Shown here in pieces: positions 20,901 to 28,700 of a DNA stretch of 64,000 nucleotides. Origin of the DNA: Ekhidna sp. Lineage in GTDB: Bacteria; Bacteroidota; Bacteroidia; Cytophagales; Cyclobacteriaceae. Position 1 is the first letter of the stretch. Each line of letters starts with the position of its first letter. Below the pieces are notes generated by a model. It saw nothing but the letters and a program-made list of their open reading frames with translations. It searched no databases and had not been told where the DNA came from. Position numbers and translations under genes: made by a program. The stretch covers positions 5,398 through 69,397 of the forward strand of contig JACONI010000072.1 in the NCBI GenBank assembly GCA_014323825.1, written 5' to 3'.

Positions 20901-22979
20901 TGCCAGGTTTCCGCCGCTCACCGTAACGGTATAAGTAGTGCCGCTGATTTCGGTAACGGCAATCGTTGGACTACCAAGCCCAGTCCCCGAAACCATAAAG
21001 TCTGCCATATCCACATTCTCAACCGCTTCACTGAATGTAATGTCCCAAACAAGCATATTTGCATTGGTGGGAGAAGCTGAAGGCATGTTGTATGCAATGG
21101 CGGTGACTGTCGGCGGGGTATTATCAACTTCATAGGTGACCTGATTGGTGGACGGAGTGGCTCCAAGATCAAGGTCATTTCCTGCTAAATCTTCAATGTC
21201 ATTTCCCGGATCTGCTATATCCAGTGTAACATCACCGTTTAAACTTGCCAGGTTTCCGCCGCTCACCGTAACGGTATAAGTAGTGCCGCTTCCGGTAACG
21301 GTAATCGTTGGACTACCAAGCCCAGTCCCGGTAACCGTAAAGTCTGCCGGAACCACAGTCGGAACCGCTTCACTGAATGTAATGTCCCAGACAAGCTCAT
21401 CTGCATTGGTGGGAGAAGCTGAAGGCATGTTGTATGCAATTGCGGTTACTGTCGGCGGGGTAGTATCGGTTGGGCCATTCAGCATAACCTCGTTTGAGGA
21501 AGAGGACTGCATAGCCATTGCGGCATTACCTGCTGCATCGTACACACTATTAGCTATTAAATCCACTTCTAATGTCTCCGCACCGTCTGCTGTGCCGTTC
21601 AATGAAAAGCTCAAACGAACAACGGTCTCTCCCCCTGCTAATGTAGTACCTCCGCTGGTTACACTTGTGACACTTCCAAACGTTGCGGTACCTCCACTGA
21701 TGCTGATGGCAAAGTCCGAAGCCTCCAATGCACCGCTCCCACCGGCGGCGTTATAAACTCCTTCACTAAAGGTGACATCTACATAGGTGTTATCCGAAGC
21801 TATTGCAACACTTTGGATGGCGGGCAGGGTATTATCAACGGTATAGGTAACCTCATTGGGGGACGGAACGATGGGCAGATTCAGTGCATCTCCTCCTAAA
21901 TCAGTAATGTCATTTCCCGAACGTATGCTCAGTGTAACATCACCGTTTAAACTTGCCAGGTTTCCGCCGCTCACCGTAACGGTATAAGTAGTGCCGCTTC
22001 CCGCGACATTGGTTACTGTAGCAGTAGTACCGCTCACCATAAAATCCATTGCCTCCACATTCTGAACCGCTTCACTGAACATAATCTCCCAGACAAGCAT
22101 ATCTGCATTGGTGGGAGAAGCTGTTGATCTTGTAATGCTTTGAACTGTCGGCGGGGTAATAACAGTACTACTAGTAGTGAACATCGTAAGGTCAGGTGGA
22201 AATTCAGCGCCCCTCGAATTACTTGCAGCACCATTTCCATCATCTACACGCCAATTCGACATATCCATAATCTCCGGAAGGTAAGCTGCATACGACATTT
22301 CAGTGTTCCGAGGCCCAATATATTCCAATACATCCCGGTTATTCGTTATTTGCTGTCCATTAAAAGCATGTGTACCTATGGTAAGTCCGGAGCCCGTAAT
22401 GAGACTACTAGATATAAGGCCGCCATTAATAACAAATGTACGATTAGGCCTCCCATTACTTATTGCCGCAAGAGGCGTTGGCATCATTGGAGTGCCCGTA
22501 TAGGCCCAGATCGCATCATTTTCTTTAGCCGGATCAAATCTACCGCTTCTGCTAATAGTTCCCGTGGAGGGAGTAGGAGTTGTTGTATCTACATTGGAAA
22601 AGAGCACCACCGTACCTGCCGGTATTTCTGCATTTATGGTCCAGGTAAGTACACCCTCTGTAGTATTCCAGCGGGAACCGTCGCTATCATCATTGTCCCA
22701 TTGATTGTCCGTAAAGAAAATATTAGCGGTTGGTGTAGATACATTTATATTAACAAGTGTTACGATCGCAAAGCCCTTTCCTTCGGTACTACCATCATCG
22801 CTATTGTACGCTATAAATGCAATATCTCCGGCAGCTAAGGCTGAAACTTCTTTAGACGTTTGGGCTAAAATGCTGCCACAGATGCCGGTAAGCAGTAATA
22901 AATAAAGTTTTAACCTGTGAAGAACCCCTCTGTGGTAAAAGGTTTCCGTTTGTTTTTGAGTGCTTTTCTCCATTTCCAA
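8988..22979 (-). CDS. Giant (4663 aa) T9SS type-A secreted surface protein or adhesin with Ig-like repeat arrays, PKD, MAM-like and Omp28-like domains
   Basis: Signal peptide (SILA|Q), five TPPTV...FSEAV...VDN Ig repeats, SbsA-like (TTAPSVTSVMPADNATNV) and SwmB-like repeats, C-terminal FVLYPNPAN...GLYFIHI...KRVIVIH type-A CTD. Confidence 0.9.
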   Translation of the reverse strand: MEMEKSTQKQTETFYHRGVLHRLKLYLLLLTGICGSILAQTSKEVSALAAGDIAFIAYNSDDGSTEGKGFAIVTLVNINVSTPTANIFFTDNQWDNDDSDGSRWNTTEGVLTWTINAEIPAGTVVLFSNVDTTTPTPSTGTISRSGRFDPAKENDAIWAYTGTPMMPTPLAAISNGRPNRTFVINGGLISSSLITGSGLTIGTHAFNGQQITNNRDVLEYIGPRNTEMSYAAYLPEIMDMSNWRVDDGNGAASNSRGAEFPPDLTMFTTSSTVITPPTVQSITRSTASPTNADMLVWEIMFSEAVQNVEAMDFMVSGTTATVTNVAGSGTTYTVTVSGGNLASLNGDVTLSIRSGNDITDLGGDALNLPIVPSPNEVTYTVDNTLPAIQSVAIASDNTYVDVTFSEGVYNAAGGSGALEASDFAISISGGTATFGSVTSVTSGGTTLAGGETVVRLSFSLNGTADGAETLEVDLIANSVYDAAGNAAMAMQSSSSNEVMLNGPTDTTPPTVTAIAYNMPSASPTNADELVWDITFSEAVPTVVPADFTVTGTGLGSPTITVTGSGTTYTVTVSGGNLASLNGDVTLDIADPGNDIEDLAGNDLDLGATPSTNQVTYEVDNTPPTVTAIAYNMPSASPTNANMLVWDITFSEAVENVDMADFMVSGTGLGSPTIAVTEISGTTYTVTVSGGNLASLNADVTLSIDVGNNITDAAGNALDLTTPPSTNQVTYEVDNTPPTVTAIAYNMPSVSPTNANMLVWDITFSEEVSTVVPGDFAVSRGSGSVFTNSPTIAVTGSGMNYTVTVSGGDLSTGLDDDVMLSVGNSITDEARNALNLSPPTSPSPNQVTYTVDNIPPTVQSITRSTASPTNADMLVWEIMFSEAVQNVEAMDFMVSGTTATVTNVTGSGTTYTVTVSSGDLADLTANVTLSIADPGNNITDVLTNTLNLGTTPSPDEFTYIVDNTPPSLSFNTFNAMMFDMSVLGDGFLNAAEDDTDLIITGTAAGAEDGREVTLTLNSATYTGNVTSGVWQVTIPATGLQGLTNGTMYSIEANVSDQAGNAATPVSTTRDFTYDDMLPTITGTPGVTSPMVSGFTINAQMSEAGEVHYVVLADGESPPTNLQVKAGQDDGGDAAIVSGTITISTVGTDVSEAVNTYDLSGSTSYEVYLVAEDQSGNLSSPVSQIDATTATADDNSQISTSTTLDESSVDISSVSNVTPGIEVFDFTVTDQSGDGAPTLITGLTIRSGTASSTELSGVWDQVIAGARLFDGTNSVDASMINGSSIQFNTIPIGPGALGEIAESASKTYTLSIWLETTLPGTLPENFDNKSFDFSVAKTDIMTSAAGSNFTGSTVTASISSGAVNTEVVATELDFHALPPRIYINFDFSLTVEAADANGNRDVDVDNNVTLSKATGAGGLTSASGLTRDLSSGVFEWTDLEVDMFDNTTPSYTFTVSDNTVTTPLAAVTSTPEINTSIPDDDSEILPVGGEQTTLIPYINNADNPIPAGGSGSVQVMTFSIQDMGFDGIPTFIGDITIDITKGPDAELDSIGIFSSDASVKYGAAPATASSTIGLGSGGLEVANNDTETLQIRVSFETMVTDKSQFEFMISAVTPLSTVTTSTVGGPISAVSRTTTNDNTIDVKATQLNNTSIDAIVFVNEAFNAVVQAEDANGNVDKDYTETLTASVETDDGSGTITVGSLSVTDGVYTFSDLQLNNGGDHKITFTSSGTPSHVVKSGDIVALFKTSDVIADPGFTYPKFFDYETYDASTIDNTAITNNEALAIAQFVVRDGGTGDNSDGRPTEISAVTFRLDLNTPNVIENLALFDQDGNQRGNQEAAATNVIFDFDEAGASGNDVIDDTDDHVYTLYATFQQKSGITDKEQIQVTLTDITNVTNSDTRSYFTRSTSTIVTSPTEVMNSRNIRTSTTGDDNVLDVIADRIVYTTNPGVVRGARVYERSTGLTSESATVTSSGITRSRNITFTIEARDVNGNLDTDEASALTITGTSSMGGTPDFRTMDDRTQFTNGQVNDTIRITTEHESLRLEISDADANAGSRDGSSEVGNAGTSDPFDVYDTTAPSVTSVMPADNATNVPIAGVGGVGRTLTMVFDEEIEVNPAGGVIVVQGSTTPVAEQYILDIGNPAQVSVAPGTGSPPTSGSTVTLTLPANLTSDIDYFVNIPQGTFRDDTEGTIGGLENDFAGYTMGTEWNWDMETVLTAVNATSTSTTATGGTVTLEFNENVDITEGGIPVTTSGGTVQGFFSIRDGGGSTTTGNTITITSLADGTDNDEFLVLNYTGTPAGDLVITYTDGGAGGVTLAGASTPELSAITGNSLVVDLDNTVPTLTGATRSSDTEIELTFSEPVFIENKIAAEMEVVDGLRNAFPGLGLGNAFAVSDWNDGTSGDNQITITTASFSGAIGDLTVTYRKTTSSIEDFGFNELQNSQSAAVENDNTAPTFTSAAYIDENNIELTFSEPIRTRGVNHGDFTVTDGAGSPPYTVFNQLDGTPGDSKITIRTQDLDRALGDLTVEYNNRNAEITDFGGNTAPSGTQTISRDNKAPVFSSATKDSDTQITVTFDEEVQIISGTPGGTFGFTVEDRAGTDYAVTGQAYRTARTVPDAEIVLTTADLSNAVGSLTVSYTHNDANDYIADFGNNNAADPTTEEQTITGDDRVPEFSSATRDSDTQITATFNEPVQIVRGTASPATFGFTVEDEAGGTYAVTGQADGTGGDTDIVLDTEDLSGSVGDLLVSYAHNAANDYIVDIGGVDIGGNNNPNNTTITIEQSMRFAPELSGGSLPASTEAIYYVPPGMPTPTDHGDQLALFRTGKIVSGVSQPADPSGRTPVKITPRIDGSTITVYSDAALTNMVLENTGTSKSSGYSPTVGQFFSMPPFSGFIDFSGDDDNGVYTFYITETAGNGRSSRGPAIPYSIAFLDDITKTIAGPTPDDATTFNEDQNEIIVNISLAHPTGQILDFTGSALRSVVDNPGGTSSVEFRVGAATADENQTSIIWRSNTSGVQATFEPSELAFNIISREDVFAASSSIVDRSFAREGAPETLMLNTSLDDFDVGPTEGSKDQDFYTIEAYFIDEDDERIDSVDVAGTKTLVGEVGIVDDGGNIAPQILNYNTTGTVPATTGTTGNAAPSRIDGAWEIRPKTFLDNLNSTIKNELFDDPMDAIYGLDDRVTIRLYMIWRSDDATPRYGQIGRQDIYLYPEPEITITLQRLKNEEEEEMKPGIFFNCEDDRDNPRVRAAISNYDDQGDIPGVADNVDVDDSDDDNNIQNGYLLEYSDSNSPFTALRRVNFSEEMINGVAGVAPSTKKNNFSIKNPFGDGNNRTGFFRIIYRSKPLTDAEIVVQDTLEFEIRPKVSAPAIDLSANTTEIGGTLTTLSKALDDYGGLGSGRYVFEFCETDIIPDIKIDIASTGADEVKVGSTTNPNSAYKWYRDDALSDDVLIEGNTNVLAPTPNLFRTNPVSGTLRENIYVTRTVRSCESEAVPVDIRTFAIPDPVVLDAPDTDPNIHEDGGEYYFEYCWDRDAANPVTYDMLRIASSLDDPDGREYIQDRSYFAVWDSETAIDPINTIRWNAGGNYKIADLSAAPVSAPVAGTDNMANTITSGEFWISKVVADSTIVDGTADFEGCEGARTKVTAIIYNLPDIPGERRLIGGEPQPIPGNSEFTGDPRFDNDGTDDIYTYYMCAGEEFPDIGLNPPGGLTNDYTFQWSADASFGDLLDITNRRGEVVTQEDLENNTGSGKGTFAAVTPGIYTYYVRIVTNINQNSGYDGCLSSSQRVDIVVYPTADVPVISVADVADRESDGGSQLEATAADIDNFDVQYNFCVDGSTADAGGLDANTLFESMVVFDQNVPTPRAEAPDENNEVLWFTAEADASGVLNNNPIASTLDLSADELPASALQMDGIENGTFHFAVVHRENFIDGYTFFDGCRSDRKDTVYVRVNISTVPVPKFTWTGITAGQPTVFDLIDEAADAGTTVNYDFDIYAVDASGTRTGSPLFSGNTRTSGAVDLRAGNSELTATFASAGVYEAELSVTSLAGCNAVEIRRFRILEHIDLPDLGTRVYQQFFETDDGGWFAEFQSDDGRTGSYPIGSTEDAVARVSTWVHGTPDGVNINGTSGGSGSGQAWSTTGTYDPGSTISNTYVGNEDSWVYSPSFDFSNIPNPAIQFETYRDLEAKDGVTFQYSTDNGTNWITLGEFAPTTDGTSPSSGLNWFNARQISASVGQSAVVNETPENTAKEGWSGQYDANEEEDSRSTNGWLTSTHELVRIADPSTVRFRFALSAQGAVDEAKLGNGFGFDNIRIFNLEKSVLVEQFSSSIDGDAIRVDTTAQLYAGGRLYINYFTTLANAGGRSDVLNARNASDPAQRRAYYGIAELGTSVLDGEVISKNSEVLPGWSDVDISIKELAVADFLLEDAGGSFGLVSNASEPNVISVSAAWRYQLPIDGGNITLQDQDYSFYFAVIEEAVSVDNITDADGKNAYTDLSIDSVYNVFRVFMPNADGEPFTNHTGSFTTDTVFNVSAEWEIYNVYDIDKLRVIAFVQDNNTRRVLQAGDLAVTGKTLSATGTTANDLSGFVLYPNPANSGFIVEFASQITADAAWVLLDQTGREAAAGTIAKGSHRINVNTEEVPGGLYFIHIYGADHKRQSKRVIVIH
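14650..16350 (-). repeat. Array of about five SwmB-like Ig domains in the giant type-A protein
   Basis: Recurring P.F.SA..(DS)D.(Q/E)I..TF.E.V...F.V...V....G.L.VSY; the last two copies also share DNA blocks (cctggccggtcacagcataa, atttgcgtatccgagtct). Confidence 0.65.
14676..14705. repeat. Exact 15-nt tandem duplication (VDIGG-VDIGG)
   Basis: cccgccgatatcaac twice in tandem, in frame. Confidence 0.9.
20094..22157 (-). repeat. Five ~112-118 aa Ig-like repeats with high DNA identity, one unrelated Ig domain between copies 1 and 2
   Basis: Repeated (T/I)PPTV...SPTNA..LVW.I.FSE.V...YTVTVS.G.L....VDN; 20235-20421 and 21969-22155 are identical over 187 bp except one base. Confidence 0.92.
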
Positions 22980-23072
22980 GTTGATTAAATAGTGGTTATT
23001 GTATTTTTTCCAAGTGGAATATTTCTATTCGTTTATTTTCTTTATGTAAGTTTAACGTCTTTTTGATGTATT

Positions 23073-23102
23073 CAAATATAGATCGAGCGAAAATAATTTC
23101 AA
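23073..23102 (-). promoter_or_regulatory. Primary-sigma promoter for the 4663-aa gene
   Basis: Minus strand reads TTG-N19-TATATTTG, the Bacteroidota -33/-7 consensus with canonical spacing, ~93 nt upstream of the ATG. Confidence 0.7.
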
Positions 23103-23118
23103 TAAATAATTATATATG

Positions 23119-24591
23119 CTAATTTTCAATTTTTCCATTGTCATTGGTCTTGATCAGTGAGACGAGTTTCACGCCTCCGCCAAAATCCATGTTGGCAAGT
23201 ACCATGATCTTATTGTCGCTAAGCAAAAGGCCGTCAATGGCTTCATCGTTTCCGTCGGCGGATCCGTAGTGCGTTTCTGCGACTCTTGAGCCCGCCGGGC
23301 TCACTTTCATGAACATGACTTCTTCGGCTCTTTCATTTACCTGTTCACCGGCAGGGTTCAGTTGGCGGAAGCTTTCGTAAGCTCCCAGAATGACGAAGTC
23401 TCTATCACCGGCCTGTACAATTCCCGTTCCTTTTGTTTGCAGCGCCGGGTCAAAACCGCTGGTGAGTGTGGTGCCGGCTATGAATCCTCCCGAACGTGTG
23501 AGGTTCATGAAAAAGGCGTAATTATCTCCCGATGATAAGGTAGAGGTGCCGGTTATGACAAACCCCGATGCTATTTGAACCGCATCACTTACCACTTCAT
23601 TAGAAACGACATCGGTATCGTTTTCTAATCCGTAGGTAATACTGTTGAGTTGGTTCCCGTCCGAAGTTAATTCATAGAACACAACGTTTGTCCCGTTGTT
23701 TCCCCCGTTTTCTCCGAACACACTTCTGTCTGAGGTCGTACCTATTATGACAAGGTTTCCGTTGTCTTTTTCAAAGATCCGGGCTAAGATATCGTCCTGC
23801 CCGCTGCCCTCTAACCCTAATGTTCTTTGCCAGACGGTGGCGATCCCCTCTGCGTTCAATTCAAATTTTATGAGCCGGAAGTCCAAATCGGCAGGTCTCC
23901 CCATCCGTTCGACTTCTATCGTTCCCGCAAAGATGAAGGCTCCGTCCGAAATTTGAATCACATCATTGCCAAAATAGTCGAGGCCGTTGGAGGGATTTCC
24001 ATTGAACAATAACACGGTATCGGCCACTGCGTTTAGCTGCGCATCGTAAAATCCCAGATAAGCGGCATTTACGTTGGCGATGCCCAATGCGTTATCGTTG
24101 AAGCGATAGGTGCCTGCGGTTAAGAATCCGCTTGCCATCGTACCCGTTCGTACAGGTTCGATTCGGGAGCCGGAGGCACTCCCTTCAAGCAGTATAGGTT
24201 CAAACCGGTCATCCGGTACATCCCCTTTGGAGACCATATTTCCATCCTCGTCCGTACCTAATTCCCTGTCGCCGAAGCCATCTCCGTCCGTATCTATCCT
24301 CACTTTTATCTCGGGGGTATAAAAAGCCGAATTAAGATATAAACCCTCGGCAGTCATCCGAATAATGGTAAAGTCGCTATTTCCGGTTTCAACGTTGGTC
24401 TGCGCTCCGAAGACGATTAAAGTGTCTCCGTCAAACGCCAAATCACTTGCATTACTTGTACCATAAGCCGTAATGTCTTCCCCAAAGAAGCGGATGAACC
24501 CTTCTTCCGGCTTGGGGGTTCCCTCCTCCTCTATTTGGCAGGTTGTAAACAACCCTGCCGCACTTATGATCGCCAGCATTCTTTTCATCAT
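23119..24591 (-). CDS. Lipoprotein (490 aa), probable beta-propeller, likely surface exposed
   Basis: Signal II-like leader GLFTT|C followed by acidic QIEEE; recurring blade-end motifs (IIRMTAEG, LIKFELNAEG, FYELTSDG, FMKVSPAG, LIKTNDNG). Confidence 0.7.
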   Translation of the reverse strand: MMKRMLAIISAAGLFTTCQIEEEGTPKPEEGFIRFFGEDITAYGTSNASDLAFDGDTLIVFGAQTNVETGNSDFTIIRMTAEGLYLNSAFYTPEIKVRIDTDGDGFGDRELGTDEDGNMVSKGDVPDDRFEPILLEGSASGSRIEPVRTGTMASGFLTAGTYRFNDNALGIANVNAAYLGFYDAQLNAVADTVLLFNGNPSNGLDYFGNDVIQISDGAFIFAGTIEVERMGRPADLDFRLIKFELNAEGIATVWQRTLGLEGSGQDDILARIFEKDNGNLVIIGTTSDRSVFGENGGNNGTNVVFYELTSDGNQLNSITYGLENDTDVVSNEVVSDAVQIASGFVITGTSTLSSGDNYAFFMNLTRSGGFIAGTTLTSGFDPALQTKGTGIVQAGDRDFVILGAYESFRQLNPAGEQVNERAEEVMFMKVSPAGSRVAETHYGSADGNDEAIDGLLLSDNKIMVLANMDFGGGVKLVSLIKTNDNGKIEN

Positions 24592-25716
24592 CTATCGAAA
24601 TTCTTTTCGTTTTCGCGGCACGTAGAGGGATCTTGTGAACCCCAATGAAAACGTAAACGCATTGATGGTGAGGTCATCCTCTACATGCCCTATTCCAAAC
24701 CGTAGATCATCATTATCCCATCGGGTCTCCGGGTTGATATAATTAAAGAGGGAGTTTTCGTACCTTAGTTCCACGGTAAGAAAGTTAACCTGCGCTCTGC
24801 CCAACCGATACTTGGCTCCAATACCTCCAAAGACGGATACATTTTGATTCGCCGTCTGGTTAAAGTCGGTCAAACCGGTACTGCCGTCCGGGAGTGTAAA
24901 TGTGACTCCTCCCGACCTGCTGGTATCAATGTATTTGGCATCGATCACCCAATCGAGGGATCCTCCTATGTACACATAAGGTATGAGTTTGGCCCGCTTA
25001 CCCTCTTTATTGAGTGCCGAGTAACGGTAATTGTATCTGATCAGTAATGGGAATCTTAACATCGTACTTCTATTTACGGCTACATAGGTCAGTTGGTCGG
25101 GTTCAATGATTTTTCCTTCCACCCCATACGATAACACGCGATACTGGATACCGGCCGCTGCCTCTATCCCTTTTCTTATGTATTTTTCAATGGTGGCTTC
25201 GGCATTAAATCCAATGCGCAGCCCTACTTCTTCACTTTGATAATCTTTGGTTGTTTCCCGGGAGGCAAAGGTATTGAATTCTTGTAATACGGTTATGCTG
25301 GGTATATTCAATCCGCCCTTTATCGCTATCCTAAAGATGGGTTCGGTTTTAAATTTAGCATATAAGAAGTAAAGTTCTGCCGGGTCTTCAGCTGTCAATT
25401 GATGCTCTTTATCTACGTCAAGGAGGTCTATCAGTTTATTTTCGGCTTCCTCTTCATTATCGGTAAAAAGATAAGCCTTGACCAACAGCTTCCTTGCTCT
25501 GATTTCCTCTTCCACTGAAAAACCATTGTTTTCCAAGCACTCGTAGAACTTCTTTTTATCACCTCTACTATCCGTTTGCTCCAGGATAAAGAGCAGCCTT
25601 CCCTGCTCAAAAGCCAATTCGGCTTCTTCGAGTGCCCGCACGCATTCGTTAGCAGACTGAGCAATGGTTGAATAAGAGCAAACCGAAAGGGAATAAATCA
25701 GTAAAAATTTCTTCAT
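24592..25716 (-). CDS. PorT-like/porin-family outer-membrane beta-barrel with N-terminal helical (TPR-like) domain
   Basis: Signal peptide (TIA|Q), ~105-aa helical region with two Cys, then amphipathic strands (IAIKGGLN, LRFPLLIRY, PYVYIGGS, LTVELRYE, FTFSLGF). Confidence 0.75.
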   Translation of the reverse strand: MKKFLLIYSLSVCSYSTIAQSANECVRALEEAELAFEQGRLLFILEQTDSRGDKKKFYECLENNGFSVEEEIRARKLLVKAYLFTDNEEEAENKLIDLLDVDKEHQLTAEDPAELYFLYAKFKTEPIFRIAIKGGLNIPSITVLQEFNTFASRETTKDYQSEEVGLRIGFNAEATIEKYIRKGIEAAAGIQYRVLSYGVEGKIIEPDQLTYVAVNRSTMLRFPLLIRYNYRYSALNKEGKRAKLIPYVYIGGSLDWVIDAKYIDTSRSGGVTFTLPDGSTGLTDFNQTANQNVSVFGGIGAKYRLGRAQVNFLTVELRYENSLFNYINPETRWDNDDLRFGIGHVEDDLTINAFTFSLGFTRSLYVPRKRKEFR

Positions 25717-25725
25717 TCAATCGTT

Positions 25726-28700
25726 TTAGTTATCCTTTCGTTGTTTATCAATATTACATGTTTTCTCATAAGGTATCTCTACGCCTACATACTGGATCCA
25801 TTCGTTTGGCGACATATTCCCCAGGGTAATGTGGCTGCAAATTTCAGCTGCCATCTTGTCAACTTTGGCTGGGTATCTTCTGATGTTTCCATCAGCCGCA
25901 GCCGTCACAAAGAATTTTCCGTCCGGGCTGAAATCCGCGTCATATACCCATCCTTTTTCAAATCCCGGGGCCTTATAATCGCGAAGAACAATTGGAAGAT
26001 CGTAGAGATTTCGGGTATCCCAAATCCTGATTTGCCTGTTGGTGGATGTACCGATTATCAGGCGGTTGTCCGGGCTAAATTCGATGTCGGTAACGGGTGC
26101 TCTGAATCCTGCGAGGGTTGGTTGTTCCTGCTCGTCTTTTTCCAGATTCCAAAGCACAATAGCTCCGTCTTCACTTCCATAAGCCAGAAACTTACCATCC
26201 GGACTAAACCTGACGGAACGAATTGACGGTCTTCTTTTTTTCCTCCTGAGATTTCCGCTACTTTCGGTTCCTTCATTGTCTTCTGTCTTAATCAGTTTGG
26301 AGGGTTTCTCTTCTATCCTGCTCAGATTCCACAGGTATACATGTCCGTCCCTGCCGCCCCCTGCAAGTGTAACCGCATCCGATGAGAGTGCAATTTTATT
26401 GATCCTGACCTTGGATCTGGCCAACTCTTGAGATGTCTTGAAGTCACTTTTTAAAATTCGGTTATCTTCTCCAACCGATATAAATCCTGAGTTATCGGGC
26501 AGGAAAACCAAATCGAAAACAGTGCCCCCCTCATGACCTCCGATTCGAATCGGATCTGCTTCTATGTCTTTAATATTAAACAAAAGAATGTTGTCTTCAT
26601 CCGTACCTAATGCAAGATATTTTTCATCAGGACTAATGTTGACGACCCTTGACACATTATCATTTTGGAAGATCACCTCATAATCTCTTGTTTCAACGTC
26701 CCACTTGATCACTTCTCCATCCGAATTTGCCGAAAACATTGAATTTCCATCATTGGAATAGGCTACCGACCTGGTTCCTTTAGCCTGCTTGGCCTCGGGA
26801 GTCAAGGGGACCCTATATTGATTTAGTGCGGAATCTCCTACCAGCGGGGTAGCCGTCCCGTATTTTACTTCATAAATTCCCTGAAGGGCACTGTAAACAC
26901 CGGCATAGATATCTCCATTATAGTCTTTGCCTTCATCCTTATATTCTTCATAAAAAAGGTAAGCCTGCCGCGCCACCAGTCCTCTTAACTCAGCTTGGGC
27001 TGTGTCTTCGGGCAAAATGTTACTTGCTTTGATCGCCATGGACTGCGCAAGGGACTGATACCTCAGCCGTTCCGCTCTTTTAGTCGCTTCCTCCGCTTTT
27101 AACCTTTCCGCATCAGCAGCTTCCCTTTGCTTATCCGCTTCCTCTTTTGCACGCTCAGCGGCTTTTTGTTGTTCCTGTGCCTGTCTTCTGGCTTCATTTG
27201 CTTCCTGCTCCCGCTGCCGTGCCAGGGCAAGGCTTGTCTCTGCCCGCTTTGTTGCAGCCAGTGCGGCATCTCTCTGCTCTGCTGCCTCAGTAGAGGCTTT
27301 CTGCGCCTCGGCAGCCCTTGTCTGCGCGAGGTCGGAGAACGCTTCAGCTTCAGCTTTCTGCTTTTCTGCCTCCAATTTTTGTTTTTCGGCTTCCTTCAAA
27401 GCCTTTGTTGCATCATTTGCTTTAATGAATGCAAAGATCACAAGCGTGAGAGTTATCAAGGTGGCAATGGCCAAAATAACAGCCGTAAGGCGCATACGCT
27501 TTACCTGCTTCTTCTGAAGGATTTCCTTGTTGCGTTGTTCGGTCAGGTAGGCTTTCTCGGAAGTTTCCAGGAATACCATGGTACGCTCAAAGGCAGGATT
27601 GTATCGCTGCCCCCAAACGAGTGTCGGTTTGTTTTCATCTCTCCAGTTCAATGCTAACTGAAGGTCCGGCATCTGCCAGAGCCCTGCTCTACCTTCCTGA
27701 TATCTTTCGGATGCTTCGGAAAGCTTGAGATACATTTCAGCGGCCTTGGATTCTTCGTCCAGCCATCTTTTCAGTCGAATCCAAATTCTCATTAAACTTT
27801 CATGAGAAATATCCACCACAGTATCCGACTCCAGCATTACACCGGAAGGAGGCATCAGTAAGGACCTTCCCGGCTCCCTAAAACGCTCGACAACTCTTCC
27901 TACCTCATCCTCATTCACACCCGTAATCGCAGCAATCGTAGATAACTTAGTCGGCCGTCGGATTCCCTGACTGTCGGAACTTTTTTCCGTGAGGGCTTTA
28001 AACATCACCTCACATATTTCTTTCTCTCGTTTGGTCAGCGAATCATACGCTTCATTGGCATGCTGAGATAATGCCTCTCTAAGCGTACCCACTGCGTTGT
28101 AATGTCTTAAATCAATGGGCTCCCCTTCTTTTCTGTTGTCAGTCCAGTAAGACCAGGTTCTCATCAAAGTATGCTGAAGGATCGGTAATTGATCCGGGTT
28201 ATCTCCCACATCATTCAATAACTGCTGTATCAGCCTTGGAGCAATTTTACCGCCTCCTACCGCAACGGGGCCTTCGATCGCCGTTCTCTTCTGATCTCTT
28301 GTCATCTGGGGGATCAGATAGTGAGAGTCGTTGATCATTTGTGTCAAATCAGGGAATTGCGCACACTCTCCGATAAAATCGGAACGCATCGTCAATGCGA
28401 TGTAGATAGGTTCGTCGTGTTGGTGAATTGCCTCCAAAAGAAGGTTCACAAAAGCACTTGATTCGTCTAAATCCGATGTATCAGCCTCTAATTTTCGATA
28501 CCTGAAGAGCTCTTCAAACTGGTCAACAAGGATGAGAATATTTTCGTGATCCGCTGTTTTTAACTGTCGAACTACCTCTACCAATCCCAGAGAACTGCTT
28601 CTGAGCACCGTGCTCATGATCGTTTTTCTTATGAGCTTATCTTCGTCCCCAAGGCTTGAATATTCTCGATCTTTTATCAATAAGGCTTCTGCCAGGTTAT

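Noticed and set aside
20235-22155. 187-bp repeat pair as a DGR template/variable region (the one mismatch is A/G on the coding strand)
   Set aside because: One mismatch only, both copies are inside one ORF, and no reverse transcriptase or Avd gene is in the window.
8991-22905. Many 60-230 aa ORFs overlapping the 4663-aa gene
   Set aside because: Antisense or alternate-frame shadows of a stop-poor repetitive gene; they repeat with the Ig repeats and have no protein-like motifs.
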